A DNA stretch of 64,000 nt from a virus (lineage: Duplodnaviria; Caudoviricetes), in the IMG/VR virus record IMGVR_UViG_2675903043_000002, positions 35,347 to 99,346 of that record. One strand, written 5' to 3'. Positions 49,106-59,484 of this stretch are shown here, piece after piece (within the stretch, counting starts at the first letter, position 1; each line of letters opens with the position of its first letter). The notes below the pieces were generated by a model. The model saw only the letters and a list, made by a program, of their open reading frames with translations. It was not told the origin of the DNA and did no database searches. The position numbers and the translations under genes were made by a program.

Positions 49106-49576
49106 CTATTTACATCCTTCTCCTTGCTCACGCAACTCAACCAATAGCTTACCCAAGGGAGTCAGATTGATCTTGTCCACTAGCTTATCACCAGCCCGCA
49201 AGTCCCTGATATGGAAAAGTTCGAGATACCCAAGGTCTCGTAGCAACCGAAGGTCGCGTTCAAACCGCGGGTTGGGATCATACCTGTATACTTCATCGTG
49301 GTGATACAGCTTGGACAGATGCTCCAAAAGATAGAAGGCCAACGTGTATTTCACCAGCGTGTTGATCTTCTCCTGTGTGATATTAACTTCTGATTGAACT
49401 CCTTTTAGCTCTTTTTGCAGGAGTAAAGTCTGCGTTTGGAGATGTTCGGTCTCCGCCTCCACTCTAGATATATCGGCCTGAGTCTTCTTTTTTTGCAGAA
49501 TCTGCGTAAGAAGTGCCGATACTACCCCGCCACCGAGGATACCTGAGATGACCGCTGCCAGAACATTGTTTTCCAT
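49106..49576 (-). CDS. Integron cassette protein (N-terminal TM, coiled coil, winged-helix-like C-terminus)
   Basis: ORF fills the space between GTTAGGC and attC; LRLLRDLGYL...LTPLG. Confidence 0.75.
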   Translation of the reverse strand: MENNVLAAVISGILGGGVVSALLTQILQKKKTQADISRVEAETEHLQTQTLLLQKELKGVQSEVNITQEKINTLVKYTLAFYLLEHLSKLYHHDEVYRYDPNPRFERDLRLLRDLGYLELFHIRDLRAGDKLVDKINLTPLGKLLVELREQGEGCK

Positions 49577-49691
49577 TCCTTTTCCCCATCTCCTCCCCAA
49601 AAATAGCGCCTAACTAGTAATTATATAGTTTCTGTACATCTATCATATTCCAGAATAAAGAGCAATAATATTGTGATATTAGTCCGATTAA

Positions 49692-50681
49692 ATGTGAATT
49701 AAGAGCTAACTCGTAAAAAATTCCAGAAAAACAGAGCCGCAGCCAGCTTTCCGAATACATGTACCATAAGCCCATTATAAGAACGAACTTTGCTGGCACA
49801 TTCAATGCCTGTTTTTTCTTCAATCCACGCAAATAAGGCTTCAATCGGTTGCCGAACGCGAGACACCGCTGTAGACAACCATTGATCCTGTGGTTCCAGA
49901 TGGTGTTGCCCTTTTTGTTTTTTAACCGGTGTCATGACGGTCAGATTCTGAGCTCGCCTGATGCATTCAGCGTCAGGCCGTTGATAAGCTTTATCACCGT
50001 ACAGCTCATTGTTGTGCAATTGTGGCTGAATCTGATCAAATATCTTGCCATCATGGTCGCTAGCGCCAGTTACACCGATGTACTCAGGGATCGGCAATGA
50101 GCCTGGTTGGCGGCGCCCAATAATATGGACCCGCACACCATAATAGTATAACTTCTTTGTGGAGCAGTAGCCTGCATCCGCCAACTGTTTCGCTACACAC
50201 GCGTTAAACCGATGGCCTTGTTTGGCCAATGCCACTGGAAATGAATCGATCAGCCAAACTTGCCCCGGATTCCTGGTTTCCTGTTCTTGCTGAATCAGTG
50301 CTAATAAGGGGGCAAACACATCGGCTACTCGATTCAGGCGCTGAACATAAGCCACATAACCTGGAAGTCGTGGAAACCAATCGCGTAAGTGGCGATCCGC
50401 ATACTCATAAATACCTTTGATCTGTCTATGCTTGTCCATTACACCGAACAGGAAGAAGGTAATGACTTCTTCGTCGCTAAAGCTTAAATCCGCGTAATGG
50501 CTCATTCTTTGGCTATGAACCCAAAGATTTTGCTGATAATGCTTGCAAACATAGAGACAAATCGTTATTAATCGGTTTGCCAGTTCATTGGTTACTGTGA
50601 TTTATTGAGGTTGGGTGATGTCTTCCTCAATAGTTTAACGTTATTGATGAACTGGCTTCTATTTCAGCTCTTAATTCGCAT
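49692..50681 (-). mobile_element. IS982-family insertion sequence
   Basis: IRs ATGTGAATTAAGAGCT / AGCTCTTAATTCGCAT, 990 bp. Confidence 0.85.
49699..50588 (-). pseudogene. IS982 transposase with a 5' frameshift
   Basis: IDSFP, GYCSTKKLYYYG, GDKAY, RQPIE; ATG 50588 (MNWQ) is out of frame with the RLITI...MSH body. Confidence 0.8.
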
Positions 50682-51355
50682 TAAAGTGAAGTGAATAAAC
50701 AGTCAAGCCTATCGAATTTCCCTTCCTCCTCACACAAATCGTGTAACATGACTGAGTACTTTGCACTGGGCATGACAAGTCTCAAAAATGTTTTGGGTTT
50801 GATTGCATGCACAATTGCTACCCTCTCAAGCGGGACTTTAGGGGCCGGTATGCCAGCGAGCTTAAGGCATTCGCACGCAACGTGGAAACAGTTAAAACGA
50901 GTCGCATGGTACTTCAAGATTCTTTGCTCAGAGTCTTTTTTGAGTGAGTATAGATACTCTTGCGTTTTCCGATATTCTTTTTCGTTAATAGACCACGAAT
51001 TCCAAAAAGAAGGGATAGATATGAAATTTTTCCTATATATCAATTTCCCATCCTGAGCTATCAATGCTGAAATAAGGTACTTCCAGTATGAACGTGTATG
51101 GAACGAAAAAGTCTCTGGCGCATTAGGTGGCCCCCATAATACTACATCGATATGCCCTAAATCGAAGACACGCCATGGACGAAATGGATTGAATCCATTG
51201 GCAAGCATAACCGCAAGTATCAAATAATATATACGAGGCGCTTGTTGGGTTAGTGAATTATCACGGGACATATGAAAGGCTTCAGTATTGTCATGGTGAA
51301 TAGGTATATGAAACAACAATACCAGGTCTGTTGCCCTTGGCCTGTATATCACCAT
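50681..51355 (-). CDS. Hypothetical protein with permuted papain-like motif
   Basis: GHIDV...YHATRFNC..V...L..AG; start uncertain. Confidence 0.5.
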   Translation of the reverse strand: MVIYRPRATDLVLLFHIPIHHDNTEAFHMSRDNSLTQQAPRIYYLILAVMLANGFNPFRPWRVFDLGHIDVVLWGPPNAPETFSFHTRSYWKYLISALIAQDGKLIYRKNFISIPSFWNSWSINEKEYRKTQEYLYSLKKDSEQRILKYHATRFNCFHVACECLKLAGIPAPKVPLERVAIVHAIKPKTFLRLVMPSAKYSVMLHDLCEEEGKFDRLDCLFTSL

Positions 51356-52016
51356 AAGGAAGCGTTTGAAGCCAGCTCAGACAAAGATGATTACCGCTAG
51401 TCTCGCCGTAAGGGATGCCTGACCAGCGTTTTCTTAGTCGAATATTATCTGTATGCATAGTAATGCAAAAGCCACTTAAAGCACTCCATTCAAGCGTTGT
51501 CCATCCATCCCCTAATTTCTTACTACGTTCTACAGAACTCGGTCCACCCATTATTAGTCTCCCTCTTTTGGTTAATGAATAATCTCTATTCATATTAGGA
51601 AAAACAAAAGATACAAGCAATAATGCAAACACATTCATTTTAATTACTGGGGTATAGGAAAAATAAATGCTTTTTTAATGACGAACTCAAGCTTAGGCAT
51701 TCAGCATTAAAAAATATACCATTAAGGCATAAACAAAATAGCGAAGTAATCGGCCCGACGCCGCAAATCACGCCGAACAAGCACAAAATGGCTAGATTAT
51801 GGCAAAGTGGAATATGGTGCTGCAAAAGACTGATAGAGCGATGGTGCATATTGCTCGTAGAGTAGCGTGGTCATGGGTGGTCATGGGTGACGTCATCGAC
51901 ATTGGTGAATCGGCTCGGTGGTTCATAGCCGCTGAAACGATATCCCGTTTGAGAGAGTGAGCTAGACAACGTACCCGATGCAGCGCCACATTTCACAACG
52001 AATGATCGAGCAAACC

Positions 52017-52715
52017 ATGTCAAGACGCAATCGCAATCGTACGATCAGCCTTAAACGGGGCAAATCCCGGGCCGCCCTGACCATCACCCACCCCAATGCA
52101 GCCGGCATCGACATTGGCAGTGCCTCTCACTTTGTTGCTGTACCACCCGACCGTGATGATTAACCAGTACGAGAGTTCCCGAGTTTTACGGATGACCTTA
52201 ATGCTTTGGCCGACTGGCTCGAGGCCTGCGGCGTAGATACGGTTGCTATGGAATCCACGTGGGTGTACTGGATTGCCTTATTTGAGTTGCTGGAATCGCG
52301 CGGTTTTACCGTGCTGTTAGTCAACGCACGCCACGTCAAGAACGTTTCTGGTCGTAAATCCGATGTGCTCGACTGCCAATGGCAGCAACAACTCATGATC
52401 TACAGCTTGCTTCGTGGTGCATTTCGTCCGTCTGATGAGGTATGCGCATTGCGTTCGCTGTGGCGTCAGCGGGAAATGCTCCAAAAAAACCAAGGGCGCC
52501 ATTTACAGCACATGCAAAAAGCGCTTACACAGATGAATATCCAACTTTCCAACGTCATCTCCAACATAGCTGAAGAAACAGGGGAGAAGATTCTGCGCGC
52601 TATCGTTGCTGGTGAACGAGATGGACAAGTATTGGCTGCGATGAAGAACGTGCGCATCCACGTTAGCGAGGCTGAGATTGCCAAAAGCTTGCAAGTAACT
52701 GGCGCATCGAACACT
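52017..52715 (+). pseudogene. IS110-family transposase fragment
   Basis: AAGIDIG, VAMEST, GRKSDVLD; in-frame TAA at 52161; cut off by the IS630 copy. Confidence 0.88.
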
Positions 52716-53321
52716 TATAGCATATCTCCAATAAATTGATTATAATTCGCGGTGTAACTTATAAAAAAGCCTGCGTCATCCAAAGGCCAGCGAAGAAGAG
52801 CGACGCATCTTTCGACAAAAATTAAAGGCTATGAGCGCGAAGGCCGCGTCATCGTTTACCTTGATGAAAGCGGCTTTGCGCACGACATACCAGCACGCAT
52901 GGCTATGCGCCTGTGGGTGAACGCTGTCATGGTGTAAAAGATTGGCATGCAAGAGGTCGAACCAATGTGATCGGCGCTCTGATCAAAGGAGCGCTCCTGA
53001 CTGTAAGCTTGTTTACTGCCCATATCACCGCCGACATTTTCTATGCGTGGGTGACGCAGGACCTTTTGCCTAAACTTCTGCCCGCTTGCGTGATTGTCAT
53101 GGACAACGCGACCTTCCATAAGCGGCAGGATATCCAAACCGCCATTGCCAATGCCGGGCATACGCTTGAATACCTGCCGCCTTATTCTCCAGACTTTAAT
53201 GTCATTGACATTGAACCCAAATCGGCCCAGGCCAAAGCCATCAGAAAAAGATAAGGTTGTTCATCCGAGCAGCTCTTTGCCGCTTATGGAATTTGATTCA
53301 TTTTATATGGGATTAGCTATA
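52716..53321 (+). mobile_element. Internally deleted IS630-family element (copy 2, inverted)
   Basis: TATAGCATATCTCCAATAAATTG...GATTAGCTATA; same deletion junction as copy 1. Confidence 0.82.
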
Positions 53322-53470
53322 TGTATGCCGTCCAAAAGATTCCGGACTGAAAATTGAAGCTGCTCCGATTGCCGGCAAGAGTGATTAACAAGCGTATGGA
53401 TGAGAGGAATTCGGCCAAATTATCTAATCCACGTCCTCAAGGCCAAGGTATTATTATCTGGATCGGAAAA

Positions 53471-53500
53471 CGGACGCGGGTTCGGTTCCCAATTCCACCA
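53471..53500 (+). pseudogene. Degenerate tmRNA (ssrA)/tRNA-like 3' end, att-like scar
   Basis: CGGACGCGGGTTCGGTTCCCAATTCCACCA resembles the ssrA T-arm plus acceptor CCA; no 5' part is recognisable upstream. Confidence 0.6.
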
Positions 53501-53507
53501 CCAACAA

Positions 53508-53540
53508 CCAAACCTCAACCATTCTCGGTTGGGGTTTTTT
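53508..53540 (+). terminator. Rho-independent terminator after the ssrA-like end
   Basis: AAACCTCAACC-ATTCTC-GGTTGGGGTTTTTT. Confidence 0.7.
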
Positions 53541-53789
53541 ATTGCCCGTTTACCCAGTGCTGGCGCGGATTCCGAGCCTAGCCTCGCGAGCGCCCTCCCC
53601 TTCAACCCGACGTTTCCACACTCGCCGACGCTTCTCTGTTCTCCGTTTTCTCTGGTGGTCACGCGAGCGTTCTCGAGACCACTTCCTTTACTGGCGCGGG
53701 TTTAGATGTGGTTGGTTGTAGTCGAGAATTGCTATAGAGGTAGCGACTGTGACTTGTCAACCGAACAAGGAGAATGAGAGAATTATTAA

Positions 53790-54884
53790 ATGAGCGAAAC
53801 ACCTGAATCATATAAAGAATCACAGCCGAAGCCCAAAGGCAATAACTTCGCCACCTTATTTGCGAAGGCTGCGGTTAAAACGTCGATCAGTACCCTCTAC
53901 GTCCGTCATGTCATCGACACAGATTGGAAAAGCTTCGAAATTGATGACGCCTATGAATTGGGCAGGGCCGGGGTACGGCAGCTCAGTAGCCGCATTGAAA
54001 ATAATCGTGACAGTGCCCCCCTCTCAGAGGAAGATTTAAATGCATTCAATGAGGCTGACTACCTCTTGCTCGTACCAGTGATTTCGAAGCAAAACGGTTG
54101 GGGCACGATGCCTGCAGGTGCTGGACTCAAGGAACTCGGAGAAACCATAAAGGCAGCTAAAAAGAAGGAAACCGAGCGTCAAAAAAAAGAAACCGAGCGT
54201 CACAAAAAGATGCTCGAGGGCATTCGCAAGTCTATTGATTTAAGCTATGGCTTCTTGGGCAATGACGCACTCGAAAAGCTTCAAGTACAGATGGCAGGAC
54301 TTGCCGATATTCGTAGTACACTATCTCGCACGAGCACAATTGAGCAGGGTATTCACGATGCAAATCTCAGGGGCATCACTTCAGCTATTGAAACTACTAG
54401 AACTAACGAGATTCCAAGGATACCAAGCCTTCATCGACCTGATGAGACGCCTTTGGGTCGAGCATCACTAGAAAGTGCCAAAAATTCTAGAGAGGTTGCT
54501 CAAAAAATGGATGATTTGGTCGTCGTCGTTGCGGGGATCAATCAAACCTTGGTTCAGGACGTGCTACCCGCGTGGTTCAAGCAAATTGAAGAGGATCAGA
54601 GGAGTGCAAAACATACATTCGACCAAGCCGCCAAAGGGCTACGTTGGACGAAGTGGGCAGTCATCGCTTCAGTGATCGTCACGATATTGGCAACTTGGGT
54701 GCAGGTAGAGGTCGCAAGAGATATTGACAATACTGAGCAGCAGAAGCAGTCCGAGGCAATACTGCGTGAGCAGCTTGCGGCTCAACAAAAACTCATCGAA
54801 CAGCAGATTCAGGATGCAGTTGCGATGCGCGAAACAATCTCTGTAATCAAGACTCCAGCGGAGATAGTCGTGCCGAAGAAGTAA
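53790..54884 (+). CDS. Hypothetical coiled-coil protein with one C-terminal TM segment
   Basis: AGGAG RBS region; WAVIASVIVTILATWVQV. Confidence 0.75.
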   Translation: MSETPESYKESQPKPKGNNFATLFAKAAVKTSISTLYVRHVIDTDWKSFEIDDAYELGRAGVRQLSSRIENNRDSAPLSEEDLNAFNEADYLLLVPVISKQNGWGTMPAGAGLKELGETIKAAKKKETERQKKETERHKKMLEGIRKSIDLSYGFLGNDALEKLQVQMAGLADIRSTLSRTSTIEQGIHDANLRGITSAIETTRTNEIPRIPSLHRPDETPLGRASLESAKNSREVAQKMDDLVVVVAGINQTLVQDVLPAWFKQIEEDQRSAKHTFDQAAKGLRWTKWAVIASVIVTILATWVQVEVARDIDNTEQQKQSEAILREQLAAQQKLIEQQIQDAVAMRETISVIKTPAEIVVPKK

Positions 54885-55133
54885 CAGTGAAGTTCGACCA
54901 TTCTCGGCTGATCGCCACAGTACTTTTGAACTAATATGTAGTAGCTCAAATTTGAGATGACAGCTTCAATAATTAGTCTCTTTTCAACTTGACATTGGTT
55001 GATTGAATTCAACGCAACCAAACGTGAGGTAGTGCAAAATTCTTTTTTAATAGTGGTAATGGACGAGTCCACCGGTGACAATGAAGCAAAGCATTATTAT
55101 CATCCGGTGCAGAGTATTATTACGAGCAATTAA

Positions 55134-56873
55134 CTAATCAAGCAATTTCTTGAATGCTGAAATAATTAGTTTTTCTCTCTCTTCTATGAATTGCCGAAAG
55201 TTTTCTAATTTAAGGTCAATGTTTGGAATATAGTGCCGCTCCATATACGCCTTTCTTTCATTGTTATCCGGATATTTCTCTTTAATCCAGACATCAAAAT
55301 CTTTTCCTGATTTTTCCTGGTTTGGAACACCTTCAAGTAATTGCAAATTCGCTAAATAGTTATAGTTGTTAAGGTAAAACTCGATATCATCATCATTTGT
55401 CCCACGTTTTTTCAGCCTCTGAGCTGTAAATAAATATTTTGGAAAAATATGATCTTGATGAAACTTATTCCTAAAATCTAGCGATGGATAAATAAATGCC
55501 AAAGCTGAATACGTGTATGCTTGCGCGTACTGGTATCCTAGAAGATTATCTATTTCATCATCATCAAACGATATTGCCTTAGAACTACCTTTTAATTTCA
55601 GTATGATTTCATCATAGGGAAACCCATCTTCTGACTGATTGATTACCTCTCGTATTGGTCTTAGGACATTGTCAGGCTGACCACTAAAAGTTCTTTTAAG
55701 TAGAACCATTACGAGCCACTTAAATATTTTCCTTCTATCATTTAGATATTTTGATAATTCAGAAAAATTATCTGGGCTTTTAATTTTATGTAAATATGCA
55801 GCTATTGGAATAAGTGCGTTATTTGACGTCAATGTATCCCTGTGGTATCCAAGACTGGAAAGTAGAATAACTGCTGATCTAATTGCTTTCGTAATGTCTT
55901 CCCATTGTTGCTCGATGGCAAGCATATTTTCTTGATTGAAGTTGTCAACCTTAAACGCAATATCCTTAAATCCAGCAAGGACTAAGCAGCTTTTTAGCAC
56001 AAAATCCTTGTTAAAATTGAAGCCATCACCTATTGAATTAATTTCGTCCACAAACGACGTAATTTCCTCTCGTGCATCCCCTCTCCATTGCGCAGTGGCG
56101 ATCGAAAGCAAAAGATCTGAATAGCTTAACTGTGTTCCTCCACTATTAACACGAATGAATATATTAAGAACTTTATCTAAGCTTTCACCTTTTTCCAGGA
56201 AAAAATTTATTGATTTATTTTTGTGGATAACCTCATATAGTTTGAAAAGTGTTCTGTTAGCGTATCTAGATTTTTCTTTCCCATATTCTGGAATAACTTC
56301 TTCAAGCAGATAATCATTAACATTAACAGGTTCCTCAAAATTTAGAATATCGCCTACGAGAAACCAAAAATGATTTTCATCTTTTTGTTTATATTCATGA
56401 GTTGTTAAAAATCTAAAATCATATTCAAGATCACCGTTATCATCTGCTGGCGCAACTAGATTTAGATAAAGTTTTCTTACTGGGAAAGCGTCATTATTAT
56501 CCCATCTTTTATAGGGTAGCTTATAAGCATAGGTACCTTTGAGCCCAATATAAAGCGATGTAAGACGTTGTTGTCCATCCAATATTGCGGTAATGCTATT
56601 TTCTCCATTTATCCTTGCTTTTGAGTTATGTGTATTTTTTCTTTCATGGTATTCACGTACAAATTCATAAAATTGATAATTATTAATGTTGCTATTATCT
56701 ACTTCCCAGAACAAGAAAGAGCTAATTGGATAATCCTTCATAATTGAATCGAAAAGTCTCTCTATTTGATATGTATCCCAAACAAACTCTCGCTGAATTG
56801 CAGGAAGAAGGTATTTCTTTTTATGAACACCATCTATAGCTTCTTTTATTGAGATTGGCTCTACAAATGCCAT
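55134..56873 (-). CDS. GmrSD-like (DUF262 plus HNH/DUF1524) restriction protein
   Basis: LPAIQREFVW, LDGQQRLTSL, FIRVNSGG, HQDHIFP...NLQLL...N; AT-rich. Confidence 0.85.
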   Translation of the reverse strand: MAFVEPISIKEAIDGVHKKKYLLPAIQREFVWDTYQIERLFDSIMKDYPISSFLFWEVDNSNINNYQFYEFVREYHERKNTHNSKARINGENSITAILDGQQRLTSLYIGLKGTYAYKLPYKRWDNNDAFPVRKLYLNLVAPADDNGDLEYDFRFLTTHEYKQKDENHFWFLVGDILNFEEPVNVNDYLLEEVIPEYGKEKSRYANRTLFKLYEVIHKNKSINFFLEKGESLDKVLNIFIRVNSGGTQLSYSDLLLSIATAQWRGDAREEITSFVDEINSIGDGFNFNKDFVLKSCLVLAGFKDIAFKVDNFNQENMLAIEQQWEDITKAIRSAVILLSSLGYHRDTLTSNNALIPIAAYLHKIKSPDNFSELSKYLNDRRKIFKWLVMVLLKRTFSGQPDNVLRPIREVINQSEDGFPYDEIILKLKGSSKAISFDDDEIDNLLGYQYAQAYTYSALAFIYPSLDFRNKFHQDHIFPKYLFTAQRLKKRGTNDDDIEFYLNNYNYLANLQLLEGVPNQEKSGKDFDVWIKEKYPDNNERKAYMERHYIPNIDLKLENFRQFIEEREKLIISAFKKLLD

Positions 56874-57233
56874 TCATTTTCTCCTTTGGTTTTTCAAGAA
56901 TCATAAGTAATTTATAGTTAATACATATATTAAATGCTTTTGGCATTAACGATAAAGTTATTACGCTTCTCAGGTTTACTAGCTGTATATCATCCTAAAT
57001 GCAACGAATACAGTTCTGGAGATCATGACTGTGTTAGCCACCTCATATTATGAGGCCAGATTATCGAAAATTTATTGAAAAAAATTGACTGGCTGGTTTT
57101 CTCGCGAAGCAGTCATTTTAATGATGCTAATTGTCAGCGCTTATCAATCTATTTTTGAATACGTCAGATTAAATCTAAATTTTTACAACTAATATACTAA
57201 AAATCACTTCAAGATCGAAATTCCTGCCAGAAA

Positions 57234-57719
57234 CTAGCTCAGAAACCTATCTGGCAGCTTCAAGTCATGCATTTGGTCGTCCCATACGTTGGACCATGGG
57301 CGGCGCACTACCTGCTCTAGCACTGCATCCGGCGTGCTGATCAATTGTTCAATAACTTCAGGCGCCAACAGGGTCAGCCGCTTGATCCGGCGCACCTGCG
57401 TCAAGCCCATTCCCTCGGCATCCGCAATCTCTGCGACTGATGCCACACGCTGCTCGTCCAGCAGACGTTGCCAATAAAATGCAAGACCAAGAGCACGCAA
57501 CAAGGCGGAATCTTTCACTGATTCACGAGCTTCTCGCTCACGACATGCCTCCTCCGAGAACGCCTGTGGCGCATCCAAAGGCGTGATGATTTGTTTCTTG
57601 TAGCCCCGTTTCACCAACGTCCACGGTATAAACGTTTCCATCTGGACGCCGCCTGCCGGAGCAGGCAGCTGGTAGGTGACCGGACTACCGTCGATGCGCC
57701 CACGATGTTTCTTGCTCAT
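57234..57719 (-). CDS. Recombinase-module accessory HTH protein
   Basis: ALGLAFYWQRLLD...EIADAEG...RLTLLAPE. Confidence 0.75.
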   Translation of the reverse strand: MSKKHRGRIDGSPVTYQLPAPAGGVQMETFIPWTLVKRGYKKQIITPLDAPQAFSEEACREREARESVKDSALLRALGLAFYWQRLLDEQRVASVAEIADAEGMGLTQVRRIKRLTLLAPEVIEQLISTPDAVLEQVVRRPWSNVWDDQMHDLKLPDRFLS

Positions 57720-58096
57720 ACTTCCTCCTCAAAGCGCTTTACCATCTGCCGCTGGGCTTCCCATTCAATCGGCAACGGATTGCGCTGAAACCAAATCAAG
57801 TTCATGCGACGTGGCTGGCGCCCAGCCATTAACCGTTCGATGATGTCGGGGGCAAGCAAAGTCAACCGTAACAACTCGTTAACCACTGAATGATGCAGTT
57901 TTTCTGCCCGGGCAATAGCCGAGCCGCTCTTCATCATGCCAGTATCGATCAAATGCTGCCAGTAAAAAGCCCGGGCAAGACCTTCGAGCAGAGTCACATT
58001 ATGGGCGTTATGTTCATAGGTAACGCGTTGCATACCTCGGCGGCGTAATGCCAAAGGCACAAAGGTTTCAAAAGAACCATTCGGGAGCTGACTCAT
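57716..58096 (-). CDS. Recombinase-module accessory HTH protein (paralog of neighbour)
   Basis: LARAFYWQHLID...IARAE...RLTLLAPD. Confidence 0.75.
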   Translation of the reverse strand: MSQLPNGSFETFVPLALRRRGMQRVTYEHNAHNVTLLEGLARAFYWQHLIDTGMMKSGSAIARAEKLHHSVVNELLRLTLLAPDIIERLMAGRQPRRMNLIWFQRNPLPIEWEAQRQMVKRFEEEV

Positions 58097-59484
58097 GGGT
58101 TCTCGACCTCCAGTAACTCAACACCGATCCCCTTCGGGGCAAATTCGCCGAGCAGAGCGTTCCAGCCGAGTTCACGCCACTTCACCCTGATACCCTGCAT
58201 CTCACCTCTCTGGACGAGATCGACGCGTTCGATCATCAGATTGGCGATGCGATGGCGCTCGACCGGAAACAGTTGCTCCCACACGTCGTTGAGCCGCCCC
58301 ATGGCCATCACGGTGGCAGCCTCGTCAATCTGGGTACCATTGCGCTGGATGTGGCGCACCACAGCTGCCACTGCTTCAGGACTGGTCAGCACCGTGCGGA
58401 TCTGCGCAACGACCGCCGCCTCGATCTCTGGCGCGGGTAAACGCGCATAGCTCTTGCCCGGTGCGCCGAAGCGGCTTTCCGACTTGGACACGTAATAATG
58501 ATACTTGCGCCCGTTCTTGCGTGAATAGGTCGGATACATCCGCTCGCCCGATGGTGCATATAGCAAGCCGCGCAGCAACGCATCAGTACGTGACCTGATC
58601 TTGGTTTCCACCGAGCGCGCATGCCCGTCCCTGCTCAGCATGCCTTGAACCTTGTCCCAAAGCTCCTGGTCGATGATCGGCGGGTGCACCCCAGGGTACC
58701 AATTTCCCTTGTGCGACAATTCGCCCAAGTAGATGCGATTGCGCAGCAGTTTGTGCAAATACTTCTTGTCAATGCGCGCGCCGCTGCGCGTCTGCCCTTC
58801 CTGCGTCGTCCACGCCTTAGTGGTGATGCTCTCGGCGGTTAGGTTGGCAGCAATCTGGGTCGTCGAGCCGATGGTCAACATCTCCTCGAAGATACGACGC
58901 ACCACCGCCGCCTCAGTTTGGTTGACGATCAGCATGCGGTTGTCGACATCATAACCCAGCGGCGGCACACCGCCCATCCACATCCCCTTGCGTTTGGCTG
59001 CTGCGATCTTGTCACGGATGCGCTCACCCGTGACTTCGCGTTCGAACTGCGCAAACGAGAGCAGCACGTTCAGCATCAGCCGCCCCATCGAGGTCGTCGT
59101 ATTAAATTGCTGAGTAACTGAAACGAACGACACTTCATAGCGCTCGAATATCTCGACCATCTGGGAGAAATCAGCCAGGCTGCGTGTCAGGCGGTCGATC
59201 TTATAGACTACGACAATGTCGATTTTCCGTGCGCAGATATCGGCTATTAAACGTTTGAGCGCCGGTCTTTCAGTATTGCCGCCAGAAAAGCCGGGATCAT
59301 CATAATCATCCGCCACCGCTATCCAGCCCTGCGAGCGTTGACTCGCAATGTAGGCATGCCCCGCTTCCTTCTGCGCATCGATAGAATTGAATTCCTGATT
59401 GAGCCGTTCATCCGAGGATACCCGGCAGTATACGGCGCAACGCTTGCGCACCTTGGCTTGGGCAATGTGCACAGGCTCATTCAT
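58093..59484 (-). CDS. Large serine recombinase
   Basis: YCRVSS, D.GFSGG..RPAL, DRLTRS, FAQFERE, GG..PLGY, N..Y.G. Confidence 0.93.
   Translation of the reverse strand: MNEPVHIAQAKVRKRCAVYCRVSSDERLNQEFNSIDAQKEAGHAYIASQRSQGWIAVADDYDDPGFSGGNTERPALKRLIADICARKIDIVVVYKIDRLTRSLADFSQMVEIFERYEVSFVSVTQQFNTTTSMGRLMLNVLLSFAQFEREVTGERIRDKIAAAKRKGMWMGGVPPLGYDVDNRMLIVNQTEAAVVRRIFEEMLTIGSTTQIAANLTAESITTKAWTTQEGQTRSGARIDKKYLHKLLRNRIYLGELSHKGNWYPGVHPPIIDQELWDKVQGMLSRDGHARSVETKIRSRTDALLRGLLYAPSGERMYPTYSRKNGRKYHYYVSKSESRFGAPGKSYARLPAPEIEAAVVAQIRTVLTSPEAVAAVVRHIQRNGTQIDEAATVMAMGRLNDVWEQLFPVERHRIANLMIERVDLVQRGEMQGIRVKWRELGWNALLGEFAPKGIGVELLEVENP

Noticed and set aside
51291-51638. 115-aa ORF
   Set aside because: No motifs and it overlaps the next ORF; it may be real given the upstream motif, but this cannot be supported from sequence alone
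53322-53500. Intact tmRNA gene
   Set aside because: No GGGG 5' acceptor strand or tag reading frame is recognisable, and the 3' end is mutated
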